The position numbers were made by a program, and so were the translations under genes. The notes beneath the pieces were generated by a model, which was not told the origin of the DNA, did no database searches, and saw only the letters and a list, made by a program, of their open reading frames with translations. A stretch of DNA of 63,414 nucleotides, the filler included, from Octopus bimaculoides (taxonomy: Eukaryota): assembly GCF_001194135.2 (NCBI RefSeq). It is 5 parts of 5 records of this genome, joined end to end, with 100 filler letters (N's around TTAATTAATTAA, not from the genome) between each part and the next. Parts side by side here need not be neighbours in the genome. Positions count along the whole stretch, not along the records: positions 1 to 15,750 come from NC_068997.1; positions 15,851 to 27,485 come from NW_026350597.1; 3 more parts are not named here. One strand, written 5' to 3'. Shown here piece after piece: positions 12,859-25,038 of the stretch. Position 1 is the first letter of the stretch. The number at the start of each line of letters is the position of its first letter.

Positions 12859-13732
12859 CTGTGTTGCAATTGAAATAATACAGCAAAATGATTAGGTTAT
12901 CATCCTGTGCCTCTTGAGAGAGTAAGACGGAAAAGTAACAGAATGAAACTGAAGAGGAACCTGATCCACATTGTCTGGTGTGATCAGAAACTGAATTCAA
13001 CAACACACTAATTTTCAGAAAGATCACAAGACAGAAAAAATGTTATCAAAATAATACAGCTACAATATAAAGCTTGAATGGTTTGCATCAACCATTTTAA
13101 AAGAGGAAACATTTAACAATTGGCCATAAGATATTTAGTAGCTATTTGAACTCAGAAACATTTGGCACCAAATTACTCAACCATTTATTTTTTTAAATTT
13201 TGACTGTTATTCCGCATTATCATTTGATTTTAAATGACTGGATGATGAACAGTGAAAGCAGAAGCTAGAGAGGCCCAAAATGGCACAAGACAAAGTAGAT
13301 AAAACCTTTATGGGTTATGACATTTAGCTGAGAAGGATAGGTACATGAAATATGATGCTGTGCTCATCAATGCAGCCCAACACTGTATTACATAACAAAA
13401 GTAGATGTGGGAGAAAAAATGGTATTAAATGCCAAATTGCTGTTTGAAGAATGTTTTCCCAAAAATCTAGAAGCATGGAAAAAATGTTTTGTAGTATAAA
13501 TTATCAGTGAGGAAAGCATTAAAATAATAACTTCCACTCATGACCAGAGTTCAAGTCTTGGTTTGTTTTTAAATGCTAATGATAGGAATTGCAAATCCTA
13601 TAATTAATACTCTTGAGAAAAGCATGAACATCACATAGGATTGTTGCCATCGCCAGTAAGACTACTATCCATAAATCTGGTGCTCTGCACCTGTGTCATT
13701 AACAAATGGTAGTTGATAGTAAATAGTCTAAC

Positions 13733-13834
13733 CTTGCGAATACATTTATTGCAGACAACCCTCTTGCAGAACTGGCAATTATTTCCCCATTGGCTGAACA
13801 GACTAAATTTCACAGATTTACAAGAGAAGCACAC
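13733..13834 (-). CDS. SPIRE: Spire, modified FYVE zinc-finger exon (102 nt)
   Basis: ttttccag|GTG...AAG|gttaga. Translates VCFSCKSVKFSLFSQWGNNCQFCKRVVCNKCIRK, comparable to Spire [33 protein letters not shown]. Confidence 0.93.
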
Positions 13835-14525
13835 CTGGAAAACAATAGAAAAATCAATATTTATTATCAAATAGTATGTATTCACTTGTACATGATAATT
13901 AAAATATTTGAAAGTTTGAGTGGACAAGTTACATGAATATATGACGAGAGAGCTGCAATAAATTATGTCATTTTCTTTAACAAGATCAGGAATGAAGAGA
14001 TCCTATGGTGTAATGGTCCACCTCCTATGATGGAAATCCTCATGGATAGAAATTTACATTGGTTGCAACCAGTGGTGGCTCGAAGATAAAATTAGTGTGG
14101 GTGCTGCTTCAGAAAATTTTTAGCCATTGTTTTAATACAGTGTAAAAGGAAACAAACATAAAAAGAAAATTTATACATTAACTTGATTGGTTTGCATTTT
14201 AGCCACTGCCGGGTAGTGTGTTTAATCTGTTCACTGAACACCGCCGGGAATTCGCCTCTTGTTTTTCAACCCCCCCCCCCAATTACAAAATAAGGGTGGG
14301 GAAACAGTTGCTAATTCTCTACAAAGCTCAAAATTTATAGGAAGCTGTGATCAGAGATTTATTTAAAGAGGTTTATATATGAAATGAAATCAAGTGATAT
14401 GAAATATAAAACAAGAGAGGAATGAAGAAACTTGTTTCACTGCTTTATTCTGTTGGTGTCTCTTTTAAGAGATGGTGTCTGCTGCAGACGAATAGCGAGA
14501 ACTGTGCAATGTGAGCAATATTTAC

Positions 14526-14663
14526 TTTTCCACGAGAAACCAAGTCATAAAGCTGAGGCTCTGCAAGAAGTGATTCTAACTCTGCTTTAGTCAACACCTG
14601 TCGAATATGCATTACTTCATCCAATGTCAAGGACAAACACTCAATAGGATTCTGCCATTTTTT
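14526..14663 (-). CDS. SPIRE: Spire, Spire-box exon (138 nt)
   Basis: tgttttcag|AAA...AAA|gtaaat. Translates [46 protein letters not shown], comparable to Spire [25 protein letters not shown]. Confidence 0.95.
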
Positions 14664-14710
14664 CTGAAAACAAAAAACAAAAAATATTTCAGTGAGAATA
14701 TCTATACTGA

Positions 14711-14915
14711 TTCTTTCTATTATAGATAGAAGGCTTGAAATTTGGTGGGGAAGGGGCCAGTTGACACCCAGTACTTGACTGGCACTTACTTGATTAACCC
14801 TGAAAAAATGAAAGGCAAAAATCAACCCTGGCCAAATTTGAACTCGGAATATAACGACAGACAAACTGCTGCTAAGCATTTTGTCGAGCGTGATCTAATG
14901 ATTCTGCCAGCTCAC
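14711..14915 (-). mobile_element. tRNA-derived SINE (family b)
   Basis: Colinear with 14936-15149 and 15938-16154 (e.g. 'aaaggcaaa.tc.acc.tgg...aatttgaactc.gaa'). Confidence 0.7.
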
Positions 14916-14935
14916 CACTTTAATAATAATAATAA

Positions 14936-15149
14936 TCTTTTGTATTACGGGCACAAGGCCTGAAACTATTTTTTTGGCGGGGCAAATCGATTACATGGAC
15001 TCCCACTTTATAACTGGTACTTATTTCATCAACCCTGATAGAATGAAAGGCAAGGTTGGCCCTGGTGGAATTTGAACTCAGAACATACAGATGAAATTCC
15101 ATTAAGCATTTTGTCTGGCATACTTTTGATTCTGCCAACTTGTTGCCTC
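14936..15149 (-). mobile_element. tRNA-derived SINE (family b), tandem to the previous copy
   Basis: Same block order as the other family-b copies; ends in a tRNA-like head. Confidence 0.7.
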
Positions 15150-15795
15150 AATTAATAATAAATTTGCTTTGGTGCACATTTTAGTCTGTATGCATAAATA
15201 TGCCTGTTTCCGGGTAGATATGTACATGTAAGTAGTGCATCTGCATTAATGGGCACGTGCGTGCATGTCTATGTATAAAAAACATACATGTATGCATGTA
15301 AGTCTATGTCTGCATGAAGCTGCTTATGCAAATTTGGCAATTTGTTTCACTCTTTGAAAGTCAAGGTTTTAAGACGGATTTTTGTTTTTTAACAGGCGAT
15401 TCCTCTTCACGGCAGACTATGTTCACTGCATATATTTCAATGGTATTATAACATCATATTTGTTCTACAGGGTCAGAGAGAGAGAGAGAGAGAGGAGAAA
15501 GCAAAGAGACAGACAGACAGTAAGCAACAAAGACACAAATGGAGAGGAAGGGAGGAGTGAGAAAGAGGGAAACAAAAAGAGAACCCTTTTTGTCAAGAGA
15601 ACTCACTTGAAACAAGTCTTCGTCATTTTGGCATAAACCATATTCCATTGCTTCAATAATTTACATCACTTTGTCCTAATTCACGATCTACTATTTTATA
15701 CTTCATAATCTATAACTTCATATAAACATAGATCTCACTAGCTACCTTTANNNNNNNNNNNNNNNNNNNNNNNNNNNNNNNNNNNNNNNNNNNNT

Positions 15796-15807
15796 TAATT
15801 AATTAAN
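15796..15807. other. Artificial scaffolding linker TTAATTAATTAA inside a ~100-nt gap
   Basis: Palindromic 12-mer with TAA in all six frames, centred in Ns. It is identical at four positions. Confidence 0.9.
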
Positions 15808-15937
15808 NNNNNNNNNNNNNNNNNNNNNNNNNNNNNNNNNNNNNNNNNNNCACACACACACACACACACATACACACACAAATAAATACACACATACATG
15901 CATGTATATATATGTGTGTGTGTGTGTGATGTATATT

Positions 15938-16154
15938 CTCTTCTACTTTAGGCACAAGGTCCGAAATTTTGGAGGAAGGTGCCAGTCGATTAGATCCACA
16001 CCAGTACACAGCTGGTACTTAATTTATGGACCCCCGAAAGGATGAATGGCAAAGTCGACCGCGGTGGAATTTGAACTCAGAACGTAACAGCAGACGAAAT
16101 ACCGCTAAGCATTTCGCCCAGCGTGCTAGCTAACGCTTCTGCAAACTCGCCGCC
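15938..16154 (-). mobile_element. tRNA-derived SINE (family b), near full length
   Basis: The minus strand reads ggcggcgagtttgcagaagcgttagctagcacgctgggcgaaatgcttagcgg...ctgagttcaaattcc...gactttgccattcatcctttcgggg. Confidence 0.8.
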
Positions 16155-16225
16155 ATATATGCATATATATTGTAGTGACGAATTAATGGAAACTTAAGTA
16201 ACTCCTGCTTATATGTATTTATATA

Positions 16226-16678
16226 GGCGCAGGAGTGGCTGTGTGGTAAGTAGCTTGCTTACCAACCACATGGTCCCGGGTTCAGTCCCACTGCGTGGCA
16301 TCTTGGGCAAGTGTCTTCTATTATAGCCTCGGGCCGACCAAAGCCTTGTGAGTGGATTTGGTAGACGGAAACTGAAAGAAGCCCGTCGTATATATGTATG
16401 TGTGTGTGTGTGTGGTTATGTGTCTGTGTTTGTCCCCACCCCACCCCAACATCGCTTGACAACCGATGCTAGTGTGTTTACGTCCCCGTAACTTAGCGGT
16501 TCGGCAAAAGAGCCTGATAGAATAAGTACTAGGCTTCTAAAGAATAAGTCCTGGGGNNNNNNNNNNGCCTGATAGAATAAGTACTAGGCTTCTAAAGAAT
16601 AAGTCCTGGGGTCGATTTGCTTGACTAAAGGTGGTGCTCCAGCATGGCCACAGTCAAAAGACTGAAACAAGTAAAAGA
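16226..16678 (+). mobile_element. tRNA-derived SINE (family a) with internal (TG)n
   Basis: Head ggcgcaggagtggctgtgtggtaag...ggttcagtccc and tail gatagaataagtactaggctt...gactgaaacaagtaaaaga. Further copies at 32851, 47930, 55683 and 59191. Confidence 0.85.
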
Positions 16679-17232
16679 TTATTGTCACATTACATATTTC
16701 TCTCTTTCTCTCTTTCTTTCTCTCTTTCTTTCTCGCCCACCTTCTTTTTTCCCAGACTCCTCTCCCTCTCCCTCTTTCATTGCGCTTGTAAGCTACTACT
16801 GCTTCTGCTACTACTGCTTCTGCTGCTGTTGTTACCGGTGTGTGATGGTGTTGGTGATAGGAATGATANNNNNNNNNNNNNNNNNNNNNNNNNNNNNNNN
16901 NNNNNNNNNNNNNNNNNNNNNNNNNNNNNNNNNNNNNNNNNNNNNNNNNNNNNNNNNNNNNNNNNNNNNNNNNNNNNNNNNNNNNNNNNNNNNNNNNNNN
17001 NNNNNNNNNNNNNNNNNNNNNNNNNNNNNNNNNNNNNNNNNNNNNNNNNNNNNNNNNNNNNNNNNNNNNNNNNNNNNNNNNNNNNNNNNNNNNNNNNNNN
17101 NNNNNNNNNNNNNNNNNNNNNNNNNNNNNNNNNNNNNNNNNNNNNNNNNNNNNNNNNNNNNNNNNNNNNNNNNNNNNNNNNNNNNNNNNNNNNNNNNNNN
17201 NNNNNNNNNNNNNNNNNNNNNNNNNNNNNNNN

Positions 17233-17690
17233 GAGGTCTACCCCTCACCCCCCTGTCACATCTCCCTTTCACTTTCCCGTTAACGTTGTCTGCGGCCTCT
17301 CGCCCCCTTCACACGCCATCGGGCCTCGTCGTAAGAAAAGAAAAAGGGGGAAAAAGGCCTTCGTCTTAAATCGCTTTTCTTTTCCCTGGAAACACGGCAT
17401 CAAACTCTTCGGAATTATCTTACCTGCCCACGTTTTCTTTCTTTTCTTTCATTATTTTTCTTTCTATTTTATTTTATTTTTTGTTGTTGCTGTTGTTTGG
17501 TTTTCATTTATCATTACTATTTTGCCGTTTGTTTTTTTGCTTCTTTTTTGTTTTTGTTTTACTTTCCTTACCACGCTTCATTAAATCGACAAAAGTTCGA
17601 AGCGAACATCAGTCACATCGATGTCACGCTTGATGGAGCGCCTGAATAGGTCACAGGCGTTATAACCGCCGTCTCGGACTAATTAACTAC
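17233..17690. promoter_or_regulatory. CpG-rich unique island ~1.3-1.7 kb upstream of the MSRRKQ exon; candidate promoter/enhancer
   Basis: Locally CpG-rich and non-repetitive. Contains the paired-domain-like site GTCACGCTTGA (17623-17633), an AGGTCA half-site and short palindromes. Confidence 0.4.
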
Positions 17691-18199
17691 AAAAAAAAAA
17701 AGAAAAAAAAGAAAAAAGTAAAGGAAGAAGAAAGAAAGAAAAGAAAAGAAAAAGAAATAGTGCGAGGTATGATCACAATTTTATCGCAGTTACTCAACAT
17801 ACAATCGACAGGAGCTGAGTTTATACATACATACATACATACATACATAGATGCATGCATACATACATGCATACAATATACGCAGACACACATATACATC
17901 ATATACACATGTATTGTAAAAACAATTAACGTTGGAAGACGCTGTACGAATGTGAGGTATCAATTGTATTAAACACCAACTTGAACCTGCAAAGTTTATT
18001 TTCCAAGGAATGCGAATCGAAAGAAACCATTCTTCATTGAAGTGGCAATGCTTATTATTATTATTATTATTAACAATAATAATAATAATAATAATATGAA
18101 TGATTCTAATTATAAGAATTATAATAGTGATAAATAACATTATAATTATTTACTATTATCAACAGAAACATGATTAACGGTGATGTTTTATATATTATG

Positions 18200-18860
18200 A
18201 AAAAAAAGCGCATGGAAAGATAATCAAATAACAAAAAGAAACAAAAGAATTGTTGAAATTATTGAAAAAATATGAAGTAAAATGAAGAAAAATTGAAGGG
18301 AAAAAGTAGAAACGAGAGGGAAAGAAAGAGCGAGGAAGTGTGAAGGAGTGAGGGGGAATAAAGATAGGGTATGATAGTGAGAAGGAAAGAGGGAGGAGGA
18401 AGTAGGGAAATATAGAATAATTAAAAGAGAGAGTGAGGAATTGAGGTAGGAAGGGGAGGAGTGTGGAAAAGGTCGAAGGCGGAAGGTCAGCGGGGAGAAA
18501 GTTCAAGTCAAATGAGTGAGAAAAGAAGAGTTTAAAACGGAAGAGAAGAAGAAGAAGAAATAGAGATTAAGAGAAGAAGAAAGAGAAGAAAAGAGCTGTG
18601 TTTTTTCACCGAGGGTGAAAGAGAAAGAGAAATAATGTGAGAGAGGAAAAGAGAAAGACAAAAAGAAGAGAGAGAGTGTGTGTAAAAGAAAGAGAGGGAG
18701 TGAAACGAAATAGATTAACAGCAAGACGGGGTAAAAGAGCGAGAGCGAGTGAGTAAGAATATATCTAGAGAGAGAGAAAAACAGACGAGCGTGAGTGATA
18801 GTAAGAGATAGCGAAAGTAGATAGAGATTGAGAGTGAGGTGGAGGAGGAGGAGGAGGCAG
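18200..18860 (+). repeat. Purine-rich (GA/GAA/GGA) low-complexity tract
   Basis: Strongly A/G-biased for ~650 nt directly before the MSRRKQ exon leader. Confidence 0.8.
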
Positions 18861-18870
18861 GGCAAAGGTC

Positions 18871-18950
18871 ATGGCGCATGACTATAGTGTGTTAGTTAAG
18901 AACCGGGGAGTTTAAGTGTTTGTTGCTCGATGTCTGCAGTGGAGTTTTAA
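18871..18950 (+). promoter_or_regulatory. Cluster of three short upstream ORFs
   Basis: ATG..TAA 18871-18915 (14 aa), ATG..TAG 18878-18895 (5 aa) and ATG..TAA 18930-18950 (6 aa). The last ends 1 nt before the ATG at 18952. Relevant only if this stretch is transcribed. Confidence 0.45.
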
Positions 18951-18951
18951 C

Positions 18952-18991
18952 ATGTCTCGACGCAAACAGTCCCACCCGAAGCCGATAAAAC
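18952..18991 (+). CDS. First coding exon of a NuRD-interacting zinc-finger transcription factor, most similar to FOG/ZFPM (U-shaped-like)
   Basis: ATGTCTCGACGCAAACAGTCCCACCCGAAGCCGATAAAAC|gtgagt translates to MSRRKQSHPKPIK plus 1 nt, with a consensus donor. Comparable to ZFPM1 MSRRKQSNPRQIKR and ZFPM2 MSRRKQSKPRQIKR. The motif is also shared by SALL, BCL11 and ZNF423/521, so the symbol is left blank. Confidence 0.85.
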
Positions 18992-19099
18992 GTGAGTTCA
19001 ATACCTTTACCTTCTTCGATATCGATCGATTTTTATTGCTTTACTTATGTATTGATTATTGATTGCATTGAATTTCATTTGGCGATTGTAGATGCTGTT

Positions 19100-20816
19100 G
19101 TAGTTGATGATGATGTTGATGATGCAGGTGCTTGCTGGCGTGTGTGTTTATTCAATGAGTCTATGTGTATTAGTGTGTATGTGTCTATGTACGTGTGTGT
19201 ATGTCTATGTACGTGTGTATTTGTGTGTGTATATGTGTGCGTATGATTGTGTTTGTGTGTATATATATATTTATGTGTGTGTGTATTTGTGTGTGTGTGT
19301 ATATATATTTATGTGTGTGTGTAATTGACAATCTTGTTTAGTTCATGTTTATATATCTATCTGTGTGCGTGTGTGTGTGTGTTTCGGTTTTGATCAACGA
19401 CACGGTGGTTGGAACATTGTTGTCTTACTCTATCTATTCCTCCTGCATTTTTCTTCCTATCTTTCCCGTTTCTCTCTCTCTCTCTCTCTCTCTACCATTC
19501 CCCCTCACTCATATGTCTCTATTCCTTCTTCACGTTTACTTTCTCTTCCCCCCTTTCTCCCATCCCACACTTTCTTCTATTTCCATTCTGTCGTTCTCTC
19601 TCTCCTTCGCGTGCGCGATACTTCTACACTTTCTCTTATTTTTTTATAACACACACAAAACACGCATATATGCGTGTGTATATACATTTATGTCTATGTG
19701 TGTATGTGTGTGTATATATATGTATATATACACACATAAATATTGTAATATTTACAAATAAACGCAAAACATTCGTATATGCTCGAATATATACGCATTG
19801 ATTGTAAATGCACGCAGTTTCTGTGAATGTGTGTGTGTGTAATAAGTAAATATACCTCAATATGATACGGTACACACATACATACATACAAACAAACATA
19901 CATACATACATACATACATACATACATACATGCAGAAACACACGCATACACACACATGCAGCATATTATACTTCTATTGTATACATGTATGTCTATATTT
20001 CTTTGTTATGGACACAAGCATGGGTTCCGGGTTCGCTTGGCATCTCAGCCAAGTATCTTTTGATAGAGTAATATCTATTGCGTCTGGTATATCAGGACCC
20101 AGGAAGTAAAACTGGTCTAGCGGAAACTGTGTGGAATCTCTAGGGTNNNNNNNNNNNNNNNNNNNNNNNNNNNNNNNNNNNNNNNNNNNNNNNNNNNNNN
20201 NNNNNNNNNNNNNNNNNNNNNNNNNNNNNNNNNNNNNNNNNNNNNNNNNNNNNNNNNNNNNNNNNNNNNNNNNNNNNNNNNNNNNNNNNNNNNNNNNNNN
20301 NNNNNNNNNNNNNNNNNNNNNNNNNNNNNNNNNNNNNNNNNNNNNNNNNNNNNNNNNNNNNNNNNNNNNNNNNNNNNNNNNNNNNNNNNNNNNNNNNNNN
20401 NNNNNNNNNNNNNNNNNNNNNNNNNNNNNNNNNNNNNNNNNNNNNNNNNNNNNNNNNNNNNNNNNNNNNNNNNNNNNNNNNNNNNNNNNNNNNNNNNNNN
20501 NNNNNNNNNNNNNNNNNNNNNNNNNNNNNNNNNNNNNNNNNNNNNNNNNNNNNNNNNNNNNNNNNNNNNNNNNNNNNNNNNNNNNNNNNNNNNNNNNNNN
20601 NNNNNNNNNNNNNNNNNNNATATATATATATATACATATATGTGTGTGTGATGCTGGTAGATGTGTTTGTGTGTGTTATGTTTATGTCATCTGTGTGTGC
20701 GTATTTGTATGCATGTGTGTATTTAGATTGATGTACGCAAGTTCGGCTTATGTGTATTGTATGTATAGACGTGGGTGTGCGCGTGCATTTGCGTGCATGT
20801 GTATTTATATATGTGC

Positions 20817-20890
<74 letters not shown>

Positions 20891-22007
20891 GTGTGTGACT
20901 CTAGTGTCATTTCTAACCTGTGGTGTTTTTTTTCTTCTTTCGTGGTGGTTGTTCCGTTCATGACTATCAGAACGATTTAAAGCAGCGATTGATAACACAC
21001 ACACACACACACACACATTCACATCCGGGCGAAGACATATACACATGTATACACACACTCACACACACACACACACACACACACACGCATATATATATAT
21101 GCAGACACATAGAGATACGATTACAGATGCTAGCTACAGATAAAGAAACATCGGAACATGTGAGCACAGACATATGGAGACGGACACACACACACACACA
21201 CACACGCGCGTGTTTTGTTCCTGTACGTGCGTGTGTGTATGTTTACATGTGTGTGNNNNNNNNNNNNNNNNNNNNNNNNNNNNNNNNNNNNNNNNNNNNN
21301 NNNNNNNNNNNNNNNNNNNNNNNNNNNNNNNNNNNNNNNNNNNNNNNNNNNNNNNNNNNNNNNNNNNNNNNNNNNNNNNNNNNNNNNNNNNNNNNNNNNN
21401 NNNNNNNNNNNNNNNNNNNNNNNNNNNNNNNNNNNNNNNNNNNNNNNNNNNNNNNNNNNNNNNNNNNNNNNNNNNNNNNNNNNNNNNNNNNNNNNNNNNN
21501 NNNNNNNNNNNNNNNNNNNNNNNNNNNNNNNNNNNNNNNNNNNNNNNNNNNNNNNNNNNNNNNNNNNNNNNNNNNNNNNNNNNNNNNNNNNNNNNNNNNN
21601 NNNNNNNNNNNNNNNNNNNNNNNNNNNNNNNNNNNNNNNNNNNNNNNNNNNNNNNNNNNNNNNNNNNNNNNNNNNNNNNNNNNNNNNNNNNNNNNNNNNN
21701 NNNNNNNNNNNNNNNNNNNNNNNNNNNNNNNNNNNNNNNNNNNNNNNNNNNNNNNNNNNNNNNNNNNNNNNNNNNNNNNNNNNNNNNNNNNNNNNNNNNN
21801 NNNNNNNNNNNNNNNNNNNNNNNNNNNNNNNNNNNNNNNNNNNNNNNNNNNNNNNNNNNNNNNNNNNNNNNNNNNNNNNNNNNNNNNNNNNNNNNNNNNN
21901 NNNNNNNNNNNNNNNNNNNGGGGTAGTCATGGGTGGCCGGCTTGATCAGTGTTGACCTATGGCTAAACCACAATGACACCCCACCCACCCCACACACACG
22001 CACACAT

Positions 22008-22040
<33 letters not shown>

Positions 22041-22379
22041 TCTCTTTCACTCACATACACATACAGACATGGACACACGCTCTCTCACGCATTTTCCGTT
22101 GCTCACACACACACACAACACGCACACACATACTTTTTGTCTCTCTGTCTCTCTCACTGTATCTCTCTGTCTCTCTTCTCTCTCTCCAATGAAATACTAT
22201 TCTTTCTCTTCTCTCTTCCCTCTTCTGTCTCCATTTCTTTCTTCTTTCCTTCGTTGTCTTTGTTTATTTCTTTCTCTCTCTCTCTCCCTCTCTCTCTCTC
22301 ACTGTCTCTCTCTTTCCTATGAAATACTTTCCTTTCTATTATATCTACATTTCTCCATTTCCACTTATTCTCGTTTCTT

Positions 22380-22413
<34 letters not shown>

Positions 22414-23260
22414 CTTCTGCATTTCAATCTCTTCTTATCCACCTTTTACTCATACCATTTCCTTATGACAGTAATGTCGTCTGCCTTTACTCTCGACTTC
22501 ATACACACACACACACACACAACCATTGCATTAAATGTCTCTAAGCTGTCTTTCCTCTCATATCTTTGTTATCATTCATTATTCTTGTCGCTCTTCGCTA
22601 TCTCTCTCTCTCTCTCCCTCTCACTCACCACACACACTCACGCACACACACACACATTCAAACTCTCCTTTTCTCTCACAGTTTCTATCTCTTTATCCTT
22701 ATCTTTTCTTCTTCAGCGTTCTATGCTTCTCTTATCGTCTCTTCCACGTCGTAGTGTCTTATCTCATCTTTCTATCACTCCCACCACCTCGTACAGATTA
22801 CATTCTCTCTCTCCCACACTACCTCCCTTTCTTGGTATATCTATCTCTATTTCTCTCTACTTCCACTTTCCCCTGGACATCTCTATATCTCTATTCCTAT
22901 TCTCTTAGTCTACCCCCCCCCACACACTTTCTATTTCCCTTCGTCTCCCTCTATCTATCCCTCTCCTCCTCTTCTATCCCTCTGCTGTTATTAAAATCAA
23001 ACAAGCAGACGATACTTTCTCAAACTCCTGAAATTTTCTTAGATCCGCCATCAAAAACTCTACGAAATTCAAGAAAAATGAAGACAACCCAGTAAACAAA
23101 TCAGTTTAATGGACTTGCATTCCTACTTTAATAAATACTTCCTCACGTCAACCACTTGTTAACTTCTTCATGTGCCATCTTGTAACGCGATCTTTTCTGT
23201 CAACTTGTGAAACGTGTCTTTCTATTTACATTTCACTACTTGAGATTTTTTTTGTGTGCC

Positions 23261-23297
<37 letters not shown>

Positions 23298-23356
23298 ACT
23301 CTACATTTGTATTTTGTCCCCTCTATGTTGAGCCCTGTGTGGCTAATAAAGAAACA

Positions 23357-23399
<43 letters not shown>

Positions 23400-24479
23400 T
23401 TATTTATCTATCTACCTANNNNNNNNNNNNNNNNNNNNNNNNNNNNNNNNNNNNNNNNNNNNNNNNNNNNNNNNNNNNNNNNNNNNNNNNNNNNNNNNNN
23501 NNNNNNNNNNNNNNNNNNNNNNNNNNNNNNNNNNNNNNNNNNNNNNNNNNNNNNNNNNNNNNNNNNNNNNNNNNNNNNNNNNNNNNNNNNNNNNNNNNNN
23601 NNNNNNNNNNNNNNNNNNNNNNNNNNNNNNNTATATATATATATATATGTCTGTCGTCTGTTTTACATGCCTAACATGCACATACACACACACACACCAC
23701 ACACGCACACACACACATCTTATGTGCTTAGTCATGCATACAAGTTATTCAAATTCTTTTACACTGGCATTTATAACATTTCTTTCTCACCCAGTTTTCA
23801 CTGAATTAGTTTTCCCAGGATTTATTAAATCTCCTGTTTTAAATGCATGAATGTCACAACATCATGTTTATCGTCGTGTCTATCTCTTGGTATCAATTAC
23901 TCGTATCTAAAAGAAACAAAACAAAAGAGAAACCAAACAAAAAAAAACACAACGGGAGACAAAGACCATATATCTATATGAAGGACGAGCTAGCATCAAA
24001 GTGTGTGTAGATACATTTGCGTTGTGGTTGCGGCCACAAGACGGTTTCGAATTTCAATCGGAGCTATCTTGATGTGCGCACATTAAACTTATAAATACTT
24101 CTTCATCATTAAATATGTCAGCCACTGCATCTAGATAATTAAATAAATAATTACTATTTTTAAATTCATTTATCTTTCTTTTTGATATGATTATCTATGA
24201 GACCACAAAGGATTCTTGCTTAAGTACCTACTGTATATTATAAAACATCAGTATTTCATGAAGTTCGGCCTTCACTGTATCAAAGAAAGGCATACATTGT
24301 TTTAAATATGTCCTCCACGGTGTTTCTTCAACGAAATATATTTTCTCTGTCTGTCTGCTTTACGATCTATGTGTCTATATATATATATATACATGTCTAT
24401 CTCTATTCACCTTTTCTTTATGCTTGTGTATCCAGCCTTATATATCTGTCGATGTTATAAAAGATTCTAATGCATATTC

Positions 24480-24515
<36 letters not shown>

Positions 24516-24994
24516 NNNNNNNNNNNNNNNNNNNNNNNNNNNNNNNNNNNNNNNNNNNNNNNNNNNNNNNNNNNNNNNNNNNNNNNNNNNNNNNNNNNNN
24601 NNNNNNNNNNNNNNNNNNNNNNNNNNNNNNNNNNNNNNNNNNNNNNNNNNNNNNNNNNNNNNNNNNNNNNNNNNNNNNNNNNNNNNNNNNNNNNNNNNNN
24701 NNNNNNNNNNNNNNNNNNNNNNNNNNNNNNNNNNNNNNNNNNNNNNNNNNNNNNNNNNNNNNNNNNNNNNNNNNNNNNNNNNNNNNNNNNNNNNNNNNNN
24801 NNNNNNNNNNNNNNNNNNNNNNNNNNNNNNNNNNNNNNNNNNNNNNNNNNNNNNNNNNNNNNNNNNNNNNNNNNNNNNNNNNNNNNNNNNNNNNNNNNNN
24901 NNNNNNNNNNNNNNNNNNNNNNNNNNNNNNNNNNNNNNNNNNNNNNNNNNNNNNNNNNNNNNNNNNNNNNNNNNNNNNNNNNNNNNNNNNNNNN

Positions 24995-25038
<44 letters not shown>

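Noticed and set aside
14445-14879. ORF-track extensions around the Spire exons (also 13631-13927 and 12830-13027)
   Set aside because: Only the portions bounded by splice sites match Spire. The rest is intron or SINE read-through.
16511-16610. Direct repeat gcctgatagaataag...gtcctgggg on both sides of a 10-N gap
   Set aside because: Identical overlap across a tiny gap indicates unmerged contig ends, not a biological duplication.
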